This document shows positions 15,171-27,702 of a stretch of 64,000 bases of DNA, in pieces (the stretch's first letter is position 1; every line of letters starts with the position of its first letter). Made by a program: the position numbers and the translations under genes. The stretch lies in NCBI RefSeq assembly GCF_009914755.1, contig NC_060945.1; one strand, written 5' to 3'. The DNA is from the human T2T-CHM13v2.0 reference genome, Homo sapiens. The notes beneath the pieces were generated by a model. That model saw nothing but the letters and a program-made list of their open reading frames with translations, was not told where the DNA came from and searched no databases.

Positions 15171-15197
15171 AGTGTGTGTGTATGTGTGTGTGTGTGT
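15147..15197. repeat. Interrupted (TG)n microsatellite
   Basis: Directly visible. Confidence 0.95.
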
Positions 15198-15522
15198 ATT
15201 AGAGAGGAAAAGCCTGTATTTGGAGGTGTGATTCTTAGATTCTAGGTTCTTTCCTGCCCACCCCATATGCACCCACCCCACAAAAGAACAAACAACAAAT
15301 CCCAGGACATCTTAGCGCAACATTTCAGTTTGCATATTTTACATATTTACTTTTCTTACATATTAAAAAACTGAAAATTTTATGAACACGCTAAGTTATA
15401 TTTTAAATTAAGTTTGTTTTTACACTGAAAATAATTTAATATTTGTGAAGAATACTAATACATTGGTATATTTCATTTTCTTAAAATTCTGAACCCCTCT
15501 TCCCTTATTTCCTTTTGACCCG

Positions 15523-15547
15523 ATTGGTGTATTGGTCATGTGACTCA
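15523..15547. promoter_or_regulatory. Candidate enhancer core: two ATTGG, MITF/TFE-type GTCATGTGAC, overlapping AP-1 TGACTCA
   Basis: Motif match only: attggtgtattggtcatgtgactca. Confidence 0.45.
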
Positions 15548-16133
15548 TGGATTTGCCTTAAGGCAGGAGGATCAGGTCACCCAGGACTCATTCCATCCCT
15601 GGGTAGACTTGCCTATGCAGCTGTGCCCGTAGTGGTTGGGGTGGCTCATCTGGTGTTGGCCACTGGTGTCCATTCTCCTCCCTCTGCCACATGAAGAACA
15701 TTGCAGGTGAGGACAGGGCTGGCAGCGCCTGTGTGTGTCTCAGTCTATGATGCACTGTGGCCCTGGTTCTGTTCCCAGTGCAAATATGGGATGTCTGTTG
15801 AAAAATTGTCCATCCTTCTCTTCGTTAGTGAGGTCATAGAGAATTGATTTGTGTACAGTTTGTACAAATGGCTTTTAATATATTTCAGCCTCAAAAGACA
15901 AATAGGTCTTCCCTCTGCCCTGGGGCAGGAGTGCAGGTCCTCAATGAAGGAACTTGGGCACCTCTGAGTAAGGAAAGAGCTGTGCCTTGGGAGGGCTATT
16001 GATTTGCTAATTTGGGCCGTGTCCCCTCCCTTTCCTGGGTCCATTTCCTTGTCTCTGAAGTGAGCGTGTTGGGTTGGAAGACCCCTGGTTCCCCAGTTCT
16101 GAGAACATGAATGAACTACACAGTCCATGATGA

Positions 16134-16388
<255 letters not shown>

Positions 16389-19382
16389 TGAGTTACAGTC
16401 ACCTGCTGAGGAGCAGCACTGCGTGTTCTGAGCATCTCTGAACTATTGCGCCATGTATTTCCAATTTTCATATTGTGTATTTGTATATTTTATATGTAAT
16501 AGTATAGGTGTAATATGTAAATATATTTTATATGTATTTAAAATCTTTATATTTTGAAGGGTTTTGTTTCAACTATTACTTGTTAATTTCACAATCCCTT
16601 TCTTTGATGTTAGCAAATAGTACCTTCATGAACCTCAGAGGACTTGGATCTGAATGTGCAATGCCCTCTAGTATTTCAAATAATAGTTCAGTTGGTATAG
16701 TATTTTTTTAATCTGCAAAAAACAATACTTGCTAATATAACTATGTTAGAGTAAACAATAAATCAAGAATAAATTTATAGCCTTTGAAACAAAACAAACC
16801 AAAAATTTTACTCCTTTTTGGCTTTCATCCCTGCACTGGTATCTTAACTTCTGTTTGTATAAAAGAATACCATTTTTTCACAGAAGACAAAGAACAATCA
16901 GCCAATCTAATAATTATTTTATGGCCATGCTCTGAAATACAATTAAAATTATGATTGTGGACAATATGCCTTTTCGGGACCTGGCTGATGGTATTTCTGG
17001 TGTGACCCCAACTTTCCAGTCAGTTCAGGGCAATAAACATTGGATACAGGACAGCTTTGGGGATGAAATAGAATTAAATTTAGTGTAGTTTTTGCCACTT
17101 TTAGCTGGATGCCTGGCGAGGGGTTTTGTGCCCTCTGAGAGCCTCCGTCTTCTCAACTGAGGGGTGGTTGTGAGTTTTGGGTCAAATGCTTGGTGTTTAG
17201 TAGATGCTTGGAGCTTCCATGAAACATGCAACCACGGCGTTGCTGCTATTTGTTCAGATGCGAGAGGAACATGACTTTTGGCTGCCTGAGTGTTCTCATA
17301 GCATCTGGGCCTTCCTTGTGAGATCGTCAGAAAGTGTTTCCTGCACAAAGCCTGTACTGCGGCCCTGGCGTGGGGCTGATTGTCCCGCTACTCTGCTGTG
17401 ATGGCTGAATTCAAAGAGTGGCCGATAGGAGCACGTATGGTGGGTGCCTTGTTAACAGCTCATAGCAGAAACGTGACAAGCGGGAGAGGGCTTTGGGTTG
17501 TCCTGAACTTCAAACACCTGTAACTGCTGCGGGAAGAGCGGCACGTGGATGAAACGGACACAGAGGGGGAATAGGCAGGAAAGGACGCGGGCTCTTTTCG
17601 AAGCAGCAGGTCTCAAGGCGGCCAGCCACTGGCGCAGCTGCAGCTGAAGCCACGGCAGAGTCTCCATCCTTCCCACTATCTGCTGAATCAGAGAAAGTGG
17701 CAGGCAACATTTTTAGTGCCTTAAATTTAGAACGCTTGCTCAAAATCAGACCCTACTTAAAATAAGGAGCGATACCCTCATTTCTTAAATAGTAAAAATG
17801 CCCTCAGCAGAATTAACGGGAGTATCTTCCAACTTCATATCCTGAATGGAAAAGTCTGTCCACCATCCCGAGGACGTGTTTGAAGCGCAGTGTGAAAATC
17901 CAGCAAGTCGTGGACCGGCCAGACCCCTGTGCCGTGAGAGGCGGGGCGGCGGGGCCGTGGGGCGCTCGCACTCCCGAGCTCATCGTGGCATGCGCTGAGC
18001 CGAAAACCACGAGGTAGAAGGAATGAGATCACAACATTTGTTTGCGTTGTCTAAAATTATCCTCTGATTTCATTCGGTGCCTGCGTCAGGAGGGAGAAAC
18101 ATGGGAAGGTTGTTTGTCTTGGGCAGGGAAAGCATCACAAGGGCGCGTTGTGTGTCTGGCTTACCGTCTCTGGACCAAAGCTGTGTTTGTTTTTCTTATC
18201 TACCAGTTCCAGTAAGCCAAACCTCTTGGCGTGGGTTTCCTTCTGGTTAAGGGGAGGGCTGGCTTCAGAGAGTGAAAGACAATAAAAACGTGGAGCTCTG
18301 TCCCCTGGCATGGATTGTTCAGATGGGATTCTAGAAATTAAGGGTTTGGAGTTCTGTATTTAGAAATGAACCTGGAGCGGGGAGTGTTGTACAAGGTGCA
18401 GCCCATGCAGAGGCACCGAGACCTGGGCTCGTTCCGACCCTGCCGCAGTGCCCGCTTGGCTCAGGCCCAGCGCCTCTCTAAGGAGGAAATCCAGACGCAA
18501 AATAATACCCACTTGAAAATGACTTCTAACTTTAACACTCTGTGATCTGAGGGTCGAAACTGGCTCCCAAGGACACGTGGCTTCACCCCCAGGGAGGCTG
18601 CCAGACTTTTGGTTAAGGACCATGGCTCTGGGGACAGTAAGTCCCACATCCGAATCTGAGGTGAGCTCCCCAGGCCAGTCACTTGGCCCCTTGGAACCTC
18701 CTTGTCCACCTGCCGTTGGAGCTGGTCATGGCACTATCATCTGAGCTCTGTACCCCGTGTCCCGCTGCAGACCTGGCCACCGAAACTCTTCCCCGAATCC
18801 AGCAAAATGACCATCCCACCTCTTCTGAGCATGTCTGAGAAGGGGCTCTCCCTGTGATGCACATCTTCAGTAGACTTCGCTCTTTCACAAAGCAAAGATG
18901 CATTAATGCCAGCATTAGAAATTTCACAAATCAATCACAAATGGTCTGAGTGGAGAACATGGGATGGATGAACCAACCACAGGGTGCTTTCTCCCCAGCT
19001 GCACGCCCTGGTGAGGAGGGCAGGTGTCTGCAGTGCGCGTGGTTACGTGGCACGTACCACCCCTGATATTCAGTGCGTGGACATCGGCAGATGCATACAG
19101 GGGCACCCGCATGTTTTTTCAGTTGTGGTCTTGGCAGCGTTCTGTCCCATTTTCCTGTCTTCTGTTCTAACTATCCTTTTGGTTTCTATAAGACTCTTCT
19201 CCCTCCTCCTTGGACTCTCCCTGTCCCTGTGCCCCTCCTCGTGGAGCCTCTTCTTCTGGCCTGAGCCACCTGTTCTTGCTGCACACCCTCCTACGTGATC
19301 CCATCCTTAGCCTCATCGATACCTCCTGCTCACCTGTCAGTGCCTCTGGAGTGTGTGTCTAGCCCAGGCCCATCCCCTGGAA

Positions 19383-19807
19383 CTCAGGGGACTCAGGACT
19401 AGTGGGCATGTACACTTGGCCTCAGGGGACTCAGGATTAGTGAGCCCCACATGTACACTTGGCCTCAGTGGACTCAGGACTAGTGAGCCCCACATGTACA
19501 CTTGGCCTCAGGGGACTCAGGATTAGTGAGCCCCCACATGTACACTTGGCCTCAGGGGACTCAGGATTAGTGAGCCCCACATGTACACTTGGCCTCAGGG
19601 GACTCAGGATTAGTGAGCCCCACATGTACACTTGGCCTCAGGGGACTCAGGATTAGTGAGCCCCACATGTACACTTGGCCTCAGGGGACTCAGGACTAGT
19701 GAGCCCCACATGTACACTTGGCCTCAGGGGACTCAGAACTAGTGAGCCCCACATGTACACTTGGCTTCAGGGGACTCAGGATTAGTGAGCCCCACATGTA
19801 CACTTGG
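19383..19807. repeat. Minisatellite, 10 copies of a 43-bp unit (TCAGGGGACTCAGGATTAGTGAGCCCCACATGTACACTTGGCC)
   Basis: atgtac recurs at 19408, 19451, 19494, 19538, 19581, 19624, 19667, 19710, 19753, 19796. Confidence 0.97.
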
Positions 19808-20754
19808 ACACGTGAACCACATCGATGTGCTGCAGAGCTCAGCCCTCTGCAGATGAAATGTGGTCATGGCATTCCTTCACAGTGGCACCCCTCGTTCCCT
19901 CCCCACCTCATCTCCCATTCTTGTCTGTCTTCAGCACCTGCCATGTCCAGCCGGCAGATTCCACCGCAGCATCTTCTGCAGCACCCCCGACCACACACCT
20001 CCCCAGCGCCTGCTTGGCCCTCCAGCCCAGCTCCCGCCTTTCTTCCTTGGGGAAGCTCCCTGGACAGACACCCCCTCCTCCCAGCCATGGCTTTTTCCTG
20101 CTCTGCCCCACGCGGGACCCTGCCCTGGATGTGCTACAATAGACACATCAGATACAGTCCTTCCTCAGCAGCCGGCAGACCCAGGGTGGACTGCTCGGGG
20201 CCTGCCTGTGAGGTCACACAGGTGTCGTTAACTTGCCATCTCAGCAACTAGTGAATATGGGCAGATGCTACCTTCCTTCCGGTTCCCTGGTGAGAGGTAC
20301 TGGTGGATGTCCTGTGTTGCCGGCCACCTTTTGTCCCTGGATGCCATTTATTTTTTTCCACAAATATTTCCCAGGTCTCTTCTGTGTGCAAGGTATTAGG
20401 GCTGCAGCGGGGGCCAGGCCACAGATCTCTGTCCTGAGAAGACTTGGATTCTAGTGCAGGAGACTGAAGTGTATCACACCAATCAGTGTAAATTGTTAAC
20501 TGCCACAAGGAGAAAGGCCAGGAAGGAGTGGGGCATGGTGGTGTTCTAGTGTTACAAGAAGAAGCCAGGGAGGGCTTCCTGGATGAAGTGGCATCTGACC
20601 TGGGATCTGGAGGAGGAGAAAAATGTCCCAAAAGAGCAGAGAGCCCACCCTAGGCTCTGCACCAGGAGGCAACTTGCTGGGCTTATGGAATTCAGAGGGC
20701 AAGTGATAAGCAGAAAGTCCTTGGGGGCCACAATTAGGATTTCTGTCTTCTAAA

Positions 20755-20930
20755 GGGCCTCTGCCCTCTGCTGTGTGACCTTGGGCAAGTTACTTCACCT
20801 CTAGTGCTTTGGTTGCCTCATCTGTAAAGTGGTGAGGATAATGCTATCACACTGGTTGAGAATTGAAGTAATTATTGCTGCAAAGGGCTTATAAGGGTGT
20901 CTAATACTAGTACTAGTAGGTACTTCGTGT
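20755..20930 (+). mobile_element. MIR
   Basis: gctgtgtgaccttgggcaagttacttcacctct...ctcatctgtaaa. Confidence 0.8.
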
Positions 20931-21126
20931 GTCTTGACAATTTTAATCATTATTATTTTGTCATCACCGTCACTCTTCCAGGGGACTAATGTCCCTGCTG
21001 TTCTGTCCAAATTAAACATTGTTTATCCCTGTGGGCATCTGGCGAGGTGGCTAGGAAAGCCTGGAGCTGTTTCCTGTTGACGTGCCAGACTAGTCATGGT
21101 TTCTCATGTGATCTTGTTTTGTCTAG

Positions 21127-21279
<153 letters not shown>

Positions 21280-21361
21280 TGAACTTGGATTTGTGCTTTG
21301 CTCTTTTTATCATGCAAAAGAGAAAGCACTCCATGCATGACACGTGTATTAGATGTCACAC

Positions 21362-21848
21362 CTGCATTAGATCTCTATCACCACAATAATGCTGCAAAAG
21401 ACAGCCACACATATTACTGCTCCTGAGTCCAGGCAGGGCGGTGTCCCTTGGCCGGGCTCACTCACGTGTCTCTACTCAGCTGGTGGTTGGCTGGGTCCCG
21501 GTTGGCCTCCACCCAGGCTGGTGTAGGATGGTCTCACTCACATATCTGGTGGCGAGGTGGATGGAGGAACAGAGCCATGCGTTTCTCTCCATTCAGTGTC
21601 TGAGTCACATGTGGTAACAGGGACCTGGGAGAGAGAAAAGAACCACACAGGGGCTCCTGAAGTGTCAGCCCAGAACTAGCCACTATCTCTTCCATGATGC
21701 TGCCCAAACAAGCCCAAGGCTAGCCCAGATTCCGAGGATGAGGGAAAAGATGCCCCTCGCACTGGGAGGAGCCATGGAGCCGCATTGCCAAGGGTGTGGC
21801 TACAAGGAAAAGGGAAGACCTGGAGACATTTTTGTCACACCTACCACA
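21362..21848 (-). mobile_element. Old MLT1-family MaLR LTR
   Basis: aaggctagcccagattc, aagggtgtggctaca, terminal ctaccaca. Confidence 0.55.
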
Positions 21849-21874
21849 TCACCCTTATACATTTTTCCTGTTTA

Positions 21875-22226
<352 letters not shown>

Positions 22227-23534
22227 TAGATTGCCCAAGGTGAAGACATCATTTTTTTCCTATACTCCCAGTACCCACTGACTCCCTCTTTATCCTACAC
22301 GTCTAATGAAATGGACCACGTCTGTCTTCCTCAGTCCCATTTCTCACCTCTTCCTCCTCCCCTCCGTTACTGAGCCCTTGCGCGTGTGGCTCTCACCAGC
22401 ACTTCTGTAACCTGCAGAGTGCTGCTGTGCTCCTGAGCCCCCACCCTCTCTTCTTTTTGAAACTGTTGTCAGATCAGTCTTCCTAAACCACCACTTTCAC
22501 CCGAGCCTCCCCTGCTATGAGTAAGCAGTGCGTCCCCATGATTTAAATGCTCAGGGCTCGCTCCTGGCATCGCTGTCCATGGCCTCCCACCAGACCCCTC
22601 CTAGTTCCTCAGTGTTTTCACTGAACCCCAACCCTCTGCTGGGTGGCCACTGACCCTCAAGGCCTCTTGCCTGCAACTGTCTCCTAACCTTTGTTCCACC
22701 AACCCCCCTGCCTGAAATGCCCTCCCTTCCTTACTCCGCCCATATATCCAGATTCTTCCCATCCTTTAAGACTCAACTCAAACAACCCAGCTTTTGTTGA
22801 AACCATGCCGAGCAGAATAACCCATTTGTGAGGTTGCACCTCCCACTCAGCACGCATATTTTCTGGTCTGCTCATCTGGCATGGAATCTTATCTTTAGGG
22901 TACGTTTTATGCTGTTGCCTTTTTCATTTGACTTCTGTTTTCTTAACTTCTATTTCGTTTTCAATTAATTATAAATTCCTTGAAGGTGAGAGCTGTGGGG
23001 GTAAAAGATTGTCCTTCCTTCCCCAACGCCACCAGGCCGTGGAGGGAAAGTACATCAGAACTGTTTGTGGAATGGACACATCAATATGTCTTTGTTGCAA
23101 TTGATGAATTTGAGATAAAGGGAATTGGACTGCAGGGACAAGGAAGGAGGCGTAATTTCAGGAGAAAAAAAGTAAATGGTACTACTGCCTTTTCCCATTT
23201 TCATCTTTACGTTGTGGGGATGTGCTTTCCAGAAAAGGAGAGATCTTGGGGAAAGGATTGAAAGCTCCAGGAGAAATTCAGGCCGACAGGAGATACCACG
23301 CTCTCAGGAGAGGCTTGAGTAACACGCTCAGCACTGCCCTTCCCTCACACCGTAACTTTGAGCAAAGCATTTAGCCCTGCCTGTGTCTCTTTAACTATAA
23401 AGGAGAAACAATAATACCTACCAAAGACATTTTCAGAAGAATGCAGTATCCTTGGATGAATGGCACTGCACTGAATGATATTACAATGCTATGTTTTCAG
23501 CATCTTTAAATCATCTTTAAAATCATGTGCTCTT

Positions 23535-23851
<317 letters not shown>

Positions 23852-26093
23852 TTACATTTTGGCTAGTAGAGCGGCAAAATGTGGACATTATTTCATCAGT
23901 GTGGTGTGTAATAATGTCAAAACCCAGCTTGAGGACCCAGGTGTGCACTGCTGAATAAATGTCAGGCACCAAGGACTCGTAAGAAGCAGGAGGAGAAGGC
24001 AGGCATTAGGGGGAAACCTCAGTCCAGGTGGGTCACAGCCGGGAAGGCTTGCTTGGCTTCCTCAATAGCTTTTAGGACCCAGCACTGGGCAAGCTCAGGA
24101 GCAGAATGAGAGGGGTTTGGGAGCATTTCATCTCATTTGCACATCTCTGCATAAGAATTCATTATTGCTTTCACTTATAATGGTAGATATTTTTTGGTTG
24201 TCTTTGACATGTTCAGATTTTTTATTTTTAAAAATCCACTTTGCCTGCTGTTTTCCTGATTTCTTACTCAGCATCACATTCCACTTGCTTTCCATTCCCT
24301 TTCTGGGAGGGGACTCCAGTAGGAAGCTGGGAAAGATCACCTGGTGAGACCCCACACGCTCCATGTTTCCCAGCAGAAAGGCTCTGCCCAGCAGCCTTTC
24401 TAACACCAGGGGAAACCGCCAGGGTTCTTGTCCTCAGAGTTTTAGGATGGGGCCCTACCTGGGACCTCTCAAACATGAGCCCTAATAAGTGGGCAAACGA
24501 TTGCTCCTGCAGAAAAGAGTCAATTCGAAAGCAATTACTTTAAACTTTGTCTATACCCAACACTATTTTCCAAAAGCCCATGGGCTGAATCCTATGTGGC
24601 CTGTTAAAAAACAGCAGCTGGCAGCCCACAGGGGAGCTCTAAGGTTTCTTCACAGCTTCTACTTTATCCCTACTTGACCTGCTCTTCAGTGTGGTCACAT
24701 GGCAGCCCCTCCCTGCTGGTCTCCTCTCAGTCTTTTCTGCTCCCTCCAAAATCACCCCTCACAGTCCCTCAAACCCCCTACAGCCAGAAGGCCCAGGACT
24801 CTGTGTATTAGTGTGTCTGCCTGTTTCATCCAAGTCTTTCTTCCTGTCTCTGCCCTTTAAGGCTAATCATTACTCACAGGAAGGTTCGTTTTCTTACTCA
24901 TTTTGCACTCTTGCTTTTCTCCAAACAGGGGCATTTTGTCATACTCAGCTGCTGTACTCTCTAATTGCCTGCATTTGAATTATTTGCTATCCAAAAGCCA
25001 AGAAATTGTTACTGCTGGTAGGATATTGATTTGCTCACTGATTGTGTTCAGGTTTGACCCATTTCCCCACATACTCTTGGCTCCAGGGATATCAATGGCC
25101 GACTCATCTTCATTTAACACTGCACAGCACCTGTGGGAACTGGCCCTCCTGAACAGCAGAACTGCTGACCCACAGATGCTGTCTTCTCTCTGATGTTGAT
25201 TACTTCTTCCTCTTTTCACTGAGGAAATTGTCCTGCCTCCGTCAGGCTGCCTACTTTTAAAACTCTGTCTGCCCGAGGGGCGCATGATGAGCTCTGGGCC
25301 AGCTAGGAGCCATTGCAGTGGATCCCAAGGGACGAGGACAGTGAGGACTTGGCCTGAGTTGGGCGAGGGAGTGATTTGATTCCGCTTCGGTTTCACAGGA
25401 AGGCTCACAAGGGTCTGGTTACAGTCTCCATGCAGGCTAAGAGAGAAAAGGACTGGCCCAGCACTATAGGGCCTGAGTAACTGGGTGAATCATGAATTTA
25501 CTGAGACAGAGAACTGTGGGAGAGGTCTGATTTGGGGGGAACAGCCAGCATTCAGGTTTTACAGGTTACACGGGAAATGCCGATTGAGAGGTGGGCAGGC
25601 AGGCGGACACAAGCATGTGGCAATGGTGGCCCAGGTCTGGGCTGGAGAGGAGGAGTTGGGAGTCTCACGCTAGATCACGGGGTGACCTAGGGCCATGGGG
25701 TGGGGCCAGATGGGTCACCCAAGGAGGGAAGATTGAGAGGAGGCCAGAGCCTGAGAGTGCTCCGATGCTTGCAGGGGAGGAAGATGAAGGAAATCCAATA
25801 CAGTGCCTGAGAAGGAGCAGCCAGGGAGTTAGGGAGAAGAATGCAGCCCTCTTAGAGTCCAAGTGAAGAAAGCGTCCACACGGACGAAGTGATTAGTGGT
25901 CAGCAGTACCCATAGAGGGTGTCTGTGGGGGCACTTCCCGCCCTATGGTTACTGCCTGGTTCCCCCTAGATTGGAAGCCTCGAGGGAGCAGGGACTGTGT
26001 GTCATTCACCGTTGTAGTGCTGGTGCAGAGAGCAGCACCTGAGCCATGTGAAGTCCTCAGCAGATAACTGCTGGGCAGATAGCCAGATGGACA

Positions 26094-27259
26094 TGAGGAC
26101 TAAACTCTGACTTTTTTTTTAATTCTCTTGCCCAAAATTCCTACCTAAGGGGCCTGGGGAGTCCGCTCTACACACCATAAAGTTTCACCAGAAGGGTTTT
26201 ATTTAACCTTGTATAACATGGCCTGCTTTCCAGCCTAGCTCTGGCATAACATCACATAACAAATAAGGAAAGAAATCAAAATATTTTAACCCCAAATATA
26301 TTTCCTTTTCATATTTTGAAATTGCCCTGCAGAGTTGTCTCTTGTGAGAAAAATCTACATTGTATAGAGAATCCCCTTTTCCCTTTTTTTATTCTTTCCA
26401 GATCTAGAAGATAATCAACTAAGAGTCAGGCAACCTTTTTTTTTTGTTTGTTTGTTTTGTTTTTTTTTTGTTTAATACATATATACTTTAAGTTCTGGGG
26501 TACATGTGCAGAATGTGCAGGTTTGTTACATAGTTATACAGGTGGCATGGTGATTTGTTGCGCCCATCAACCCGTCACCTGCATTAGGTATTTCTCCTAA
26601 TGTTATCCCTCCCCTAGCCCTCTACCCCCTGACAGGTCCTGGTGTGTGATGTTCCTCTCCGTATGTCCATGTGTTCTTATTGTTCAACTCCCACTTATGA
26701 GTGAGAACATGTGGTGTTTGGTTTTCTGTTCTTGTGATAGTTTGCTGAGAATGATGGTTTTCAGCTTTATCCATGTCCCTGCAAAGGACATAAACTCATC
26801 CTTTTTTATGGCTGCATAGTATTCCATGGTATATATGAAGGCACCCTTTTAAATTCTGTAAGACACATTTCACAACCTCTTTTCTTCACAGCCTGCTAAC
26901 TAAAAGCTTCCTCTGCACAATAAAACTTTGGTCTCTTAATCCAAACATTTCCTTTCCATTGATCCCAGGTTAGATAAACTTAACCAATTATCAACCAGAA
27001 AATTTTTAATTTACCTCTAGCCTGGAAGCCCCACTTTGACTTGTCCTGCCTTTCTGAACCAAACCAATGGACATCTTAAAAGTATTTGATTGATGTCTCA
27101 TGTCTCTCAAAATTGTATAAAACCAGGCTGTGCCCTAACCACCTTGGGCACATGTTCTCCGGACCTCCTGAGGCTGTCTCATGGGCCATGGTCACTCATA
27201 CTTGGCTCAGAATAAATCTCTTCAAAATATTTTACAGAGTTTGACTCTTTTCATCAGCA
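26094..27259 (+). mobile_element. MER4D-like ERV1 solo LTR interrupted by an L1
   Basis: tgaggactaaactctg start; ggctcagaataaatctcttc...cagagtttgactctttt end. Confidence 0.8.
26436..26837 (-). mobile_element. 5'-truncated L1PA (about L1PA7 age) inside the MER4 LTR
   Basis: PolyT + atactttaagttctggggtacatgtgcag; TSD aggca(a/c)cctttt at ~26428 and ~26839. Confidence 0.88.
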
Positions 27260-27533
27260 AACAGTTGGACAGACGTCTTCTGGGTGTGTGCACCTGTGTG
27301 TAACTCCAGGTGGTGCATGTGGGTCACCTGTGCTGTCACTGATCAATAATATTGATCACCATGCTTTTGATCTTCTCTCCTCCTGGATGGCAGGGTGAGA
27401 TCATCTTTCTTCTCCCGTGACTCCCCCCAGCGCCTGGGAGGGTCCTGAGCATGCGTGTGACCTCAGCAATTTTGTGATACTGCCTGATTTGTGCTTTTTC
27501 TTGTTTGTTTGCTCTCTCCTCTCCGACAAACAG

Positions 27534-27702
27534 CTTTACATTCAGCCCATGATGGGGGCCGGCCTGAATTATGAATGTTACCGATTCGGCATTTCCCCAT
27601 CCACAAATGCGCTGGTGATCGGTGCCACGGTGATGGAGGGCTTCTACGTCATCTTCGACAGAGCCCAGAAGAGGGTGGGCTTCGCAGCGAGCCCCTGTGC
27701 AG
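27534..27702 (+). CDS. BACE2: BACE2 coding exon 8 (169 nt), LYIQPMMGAG...VIGATVMEGFYVIFDRAQKRVGFAASPCA
   Basis: aacag acceptor, gtgagc donor; C-terminal pepsin-family motif. Confidence 0.98.

Noticed and set aside
19383-19807. CRISPR-like regular array
   Set aside because: Units are contiguous near-identical 43-mers with no unique spacers, no cas genes, and human intronic context; it is a minisatellite. ORFs across it are repeat artefacts.
19718-20251. 177-aa Pro/Ser-rich ORF
   Set aside because: Starts inside the VNTR at a non-ATG codon and runs through C-rich low-complexity sequence
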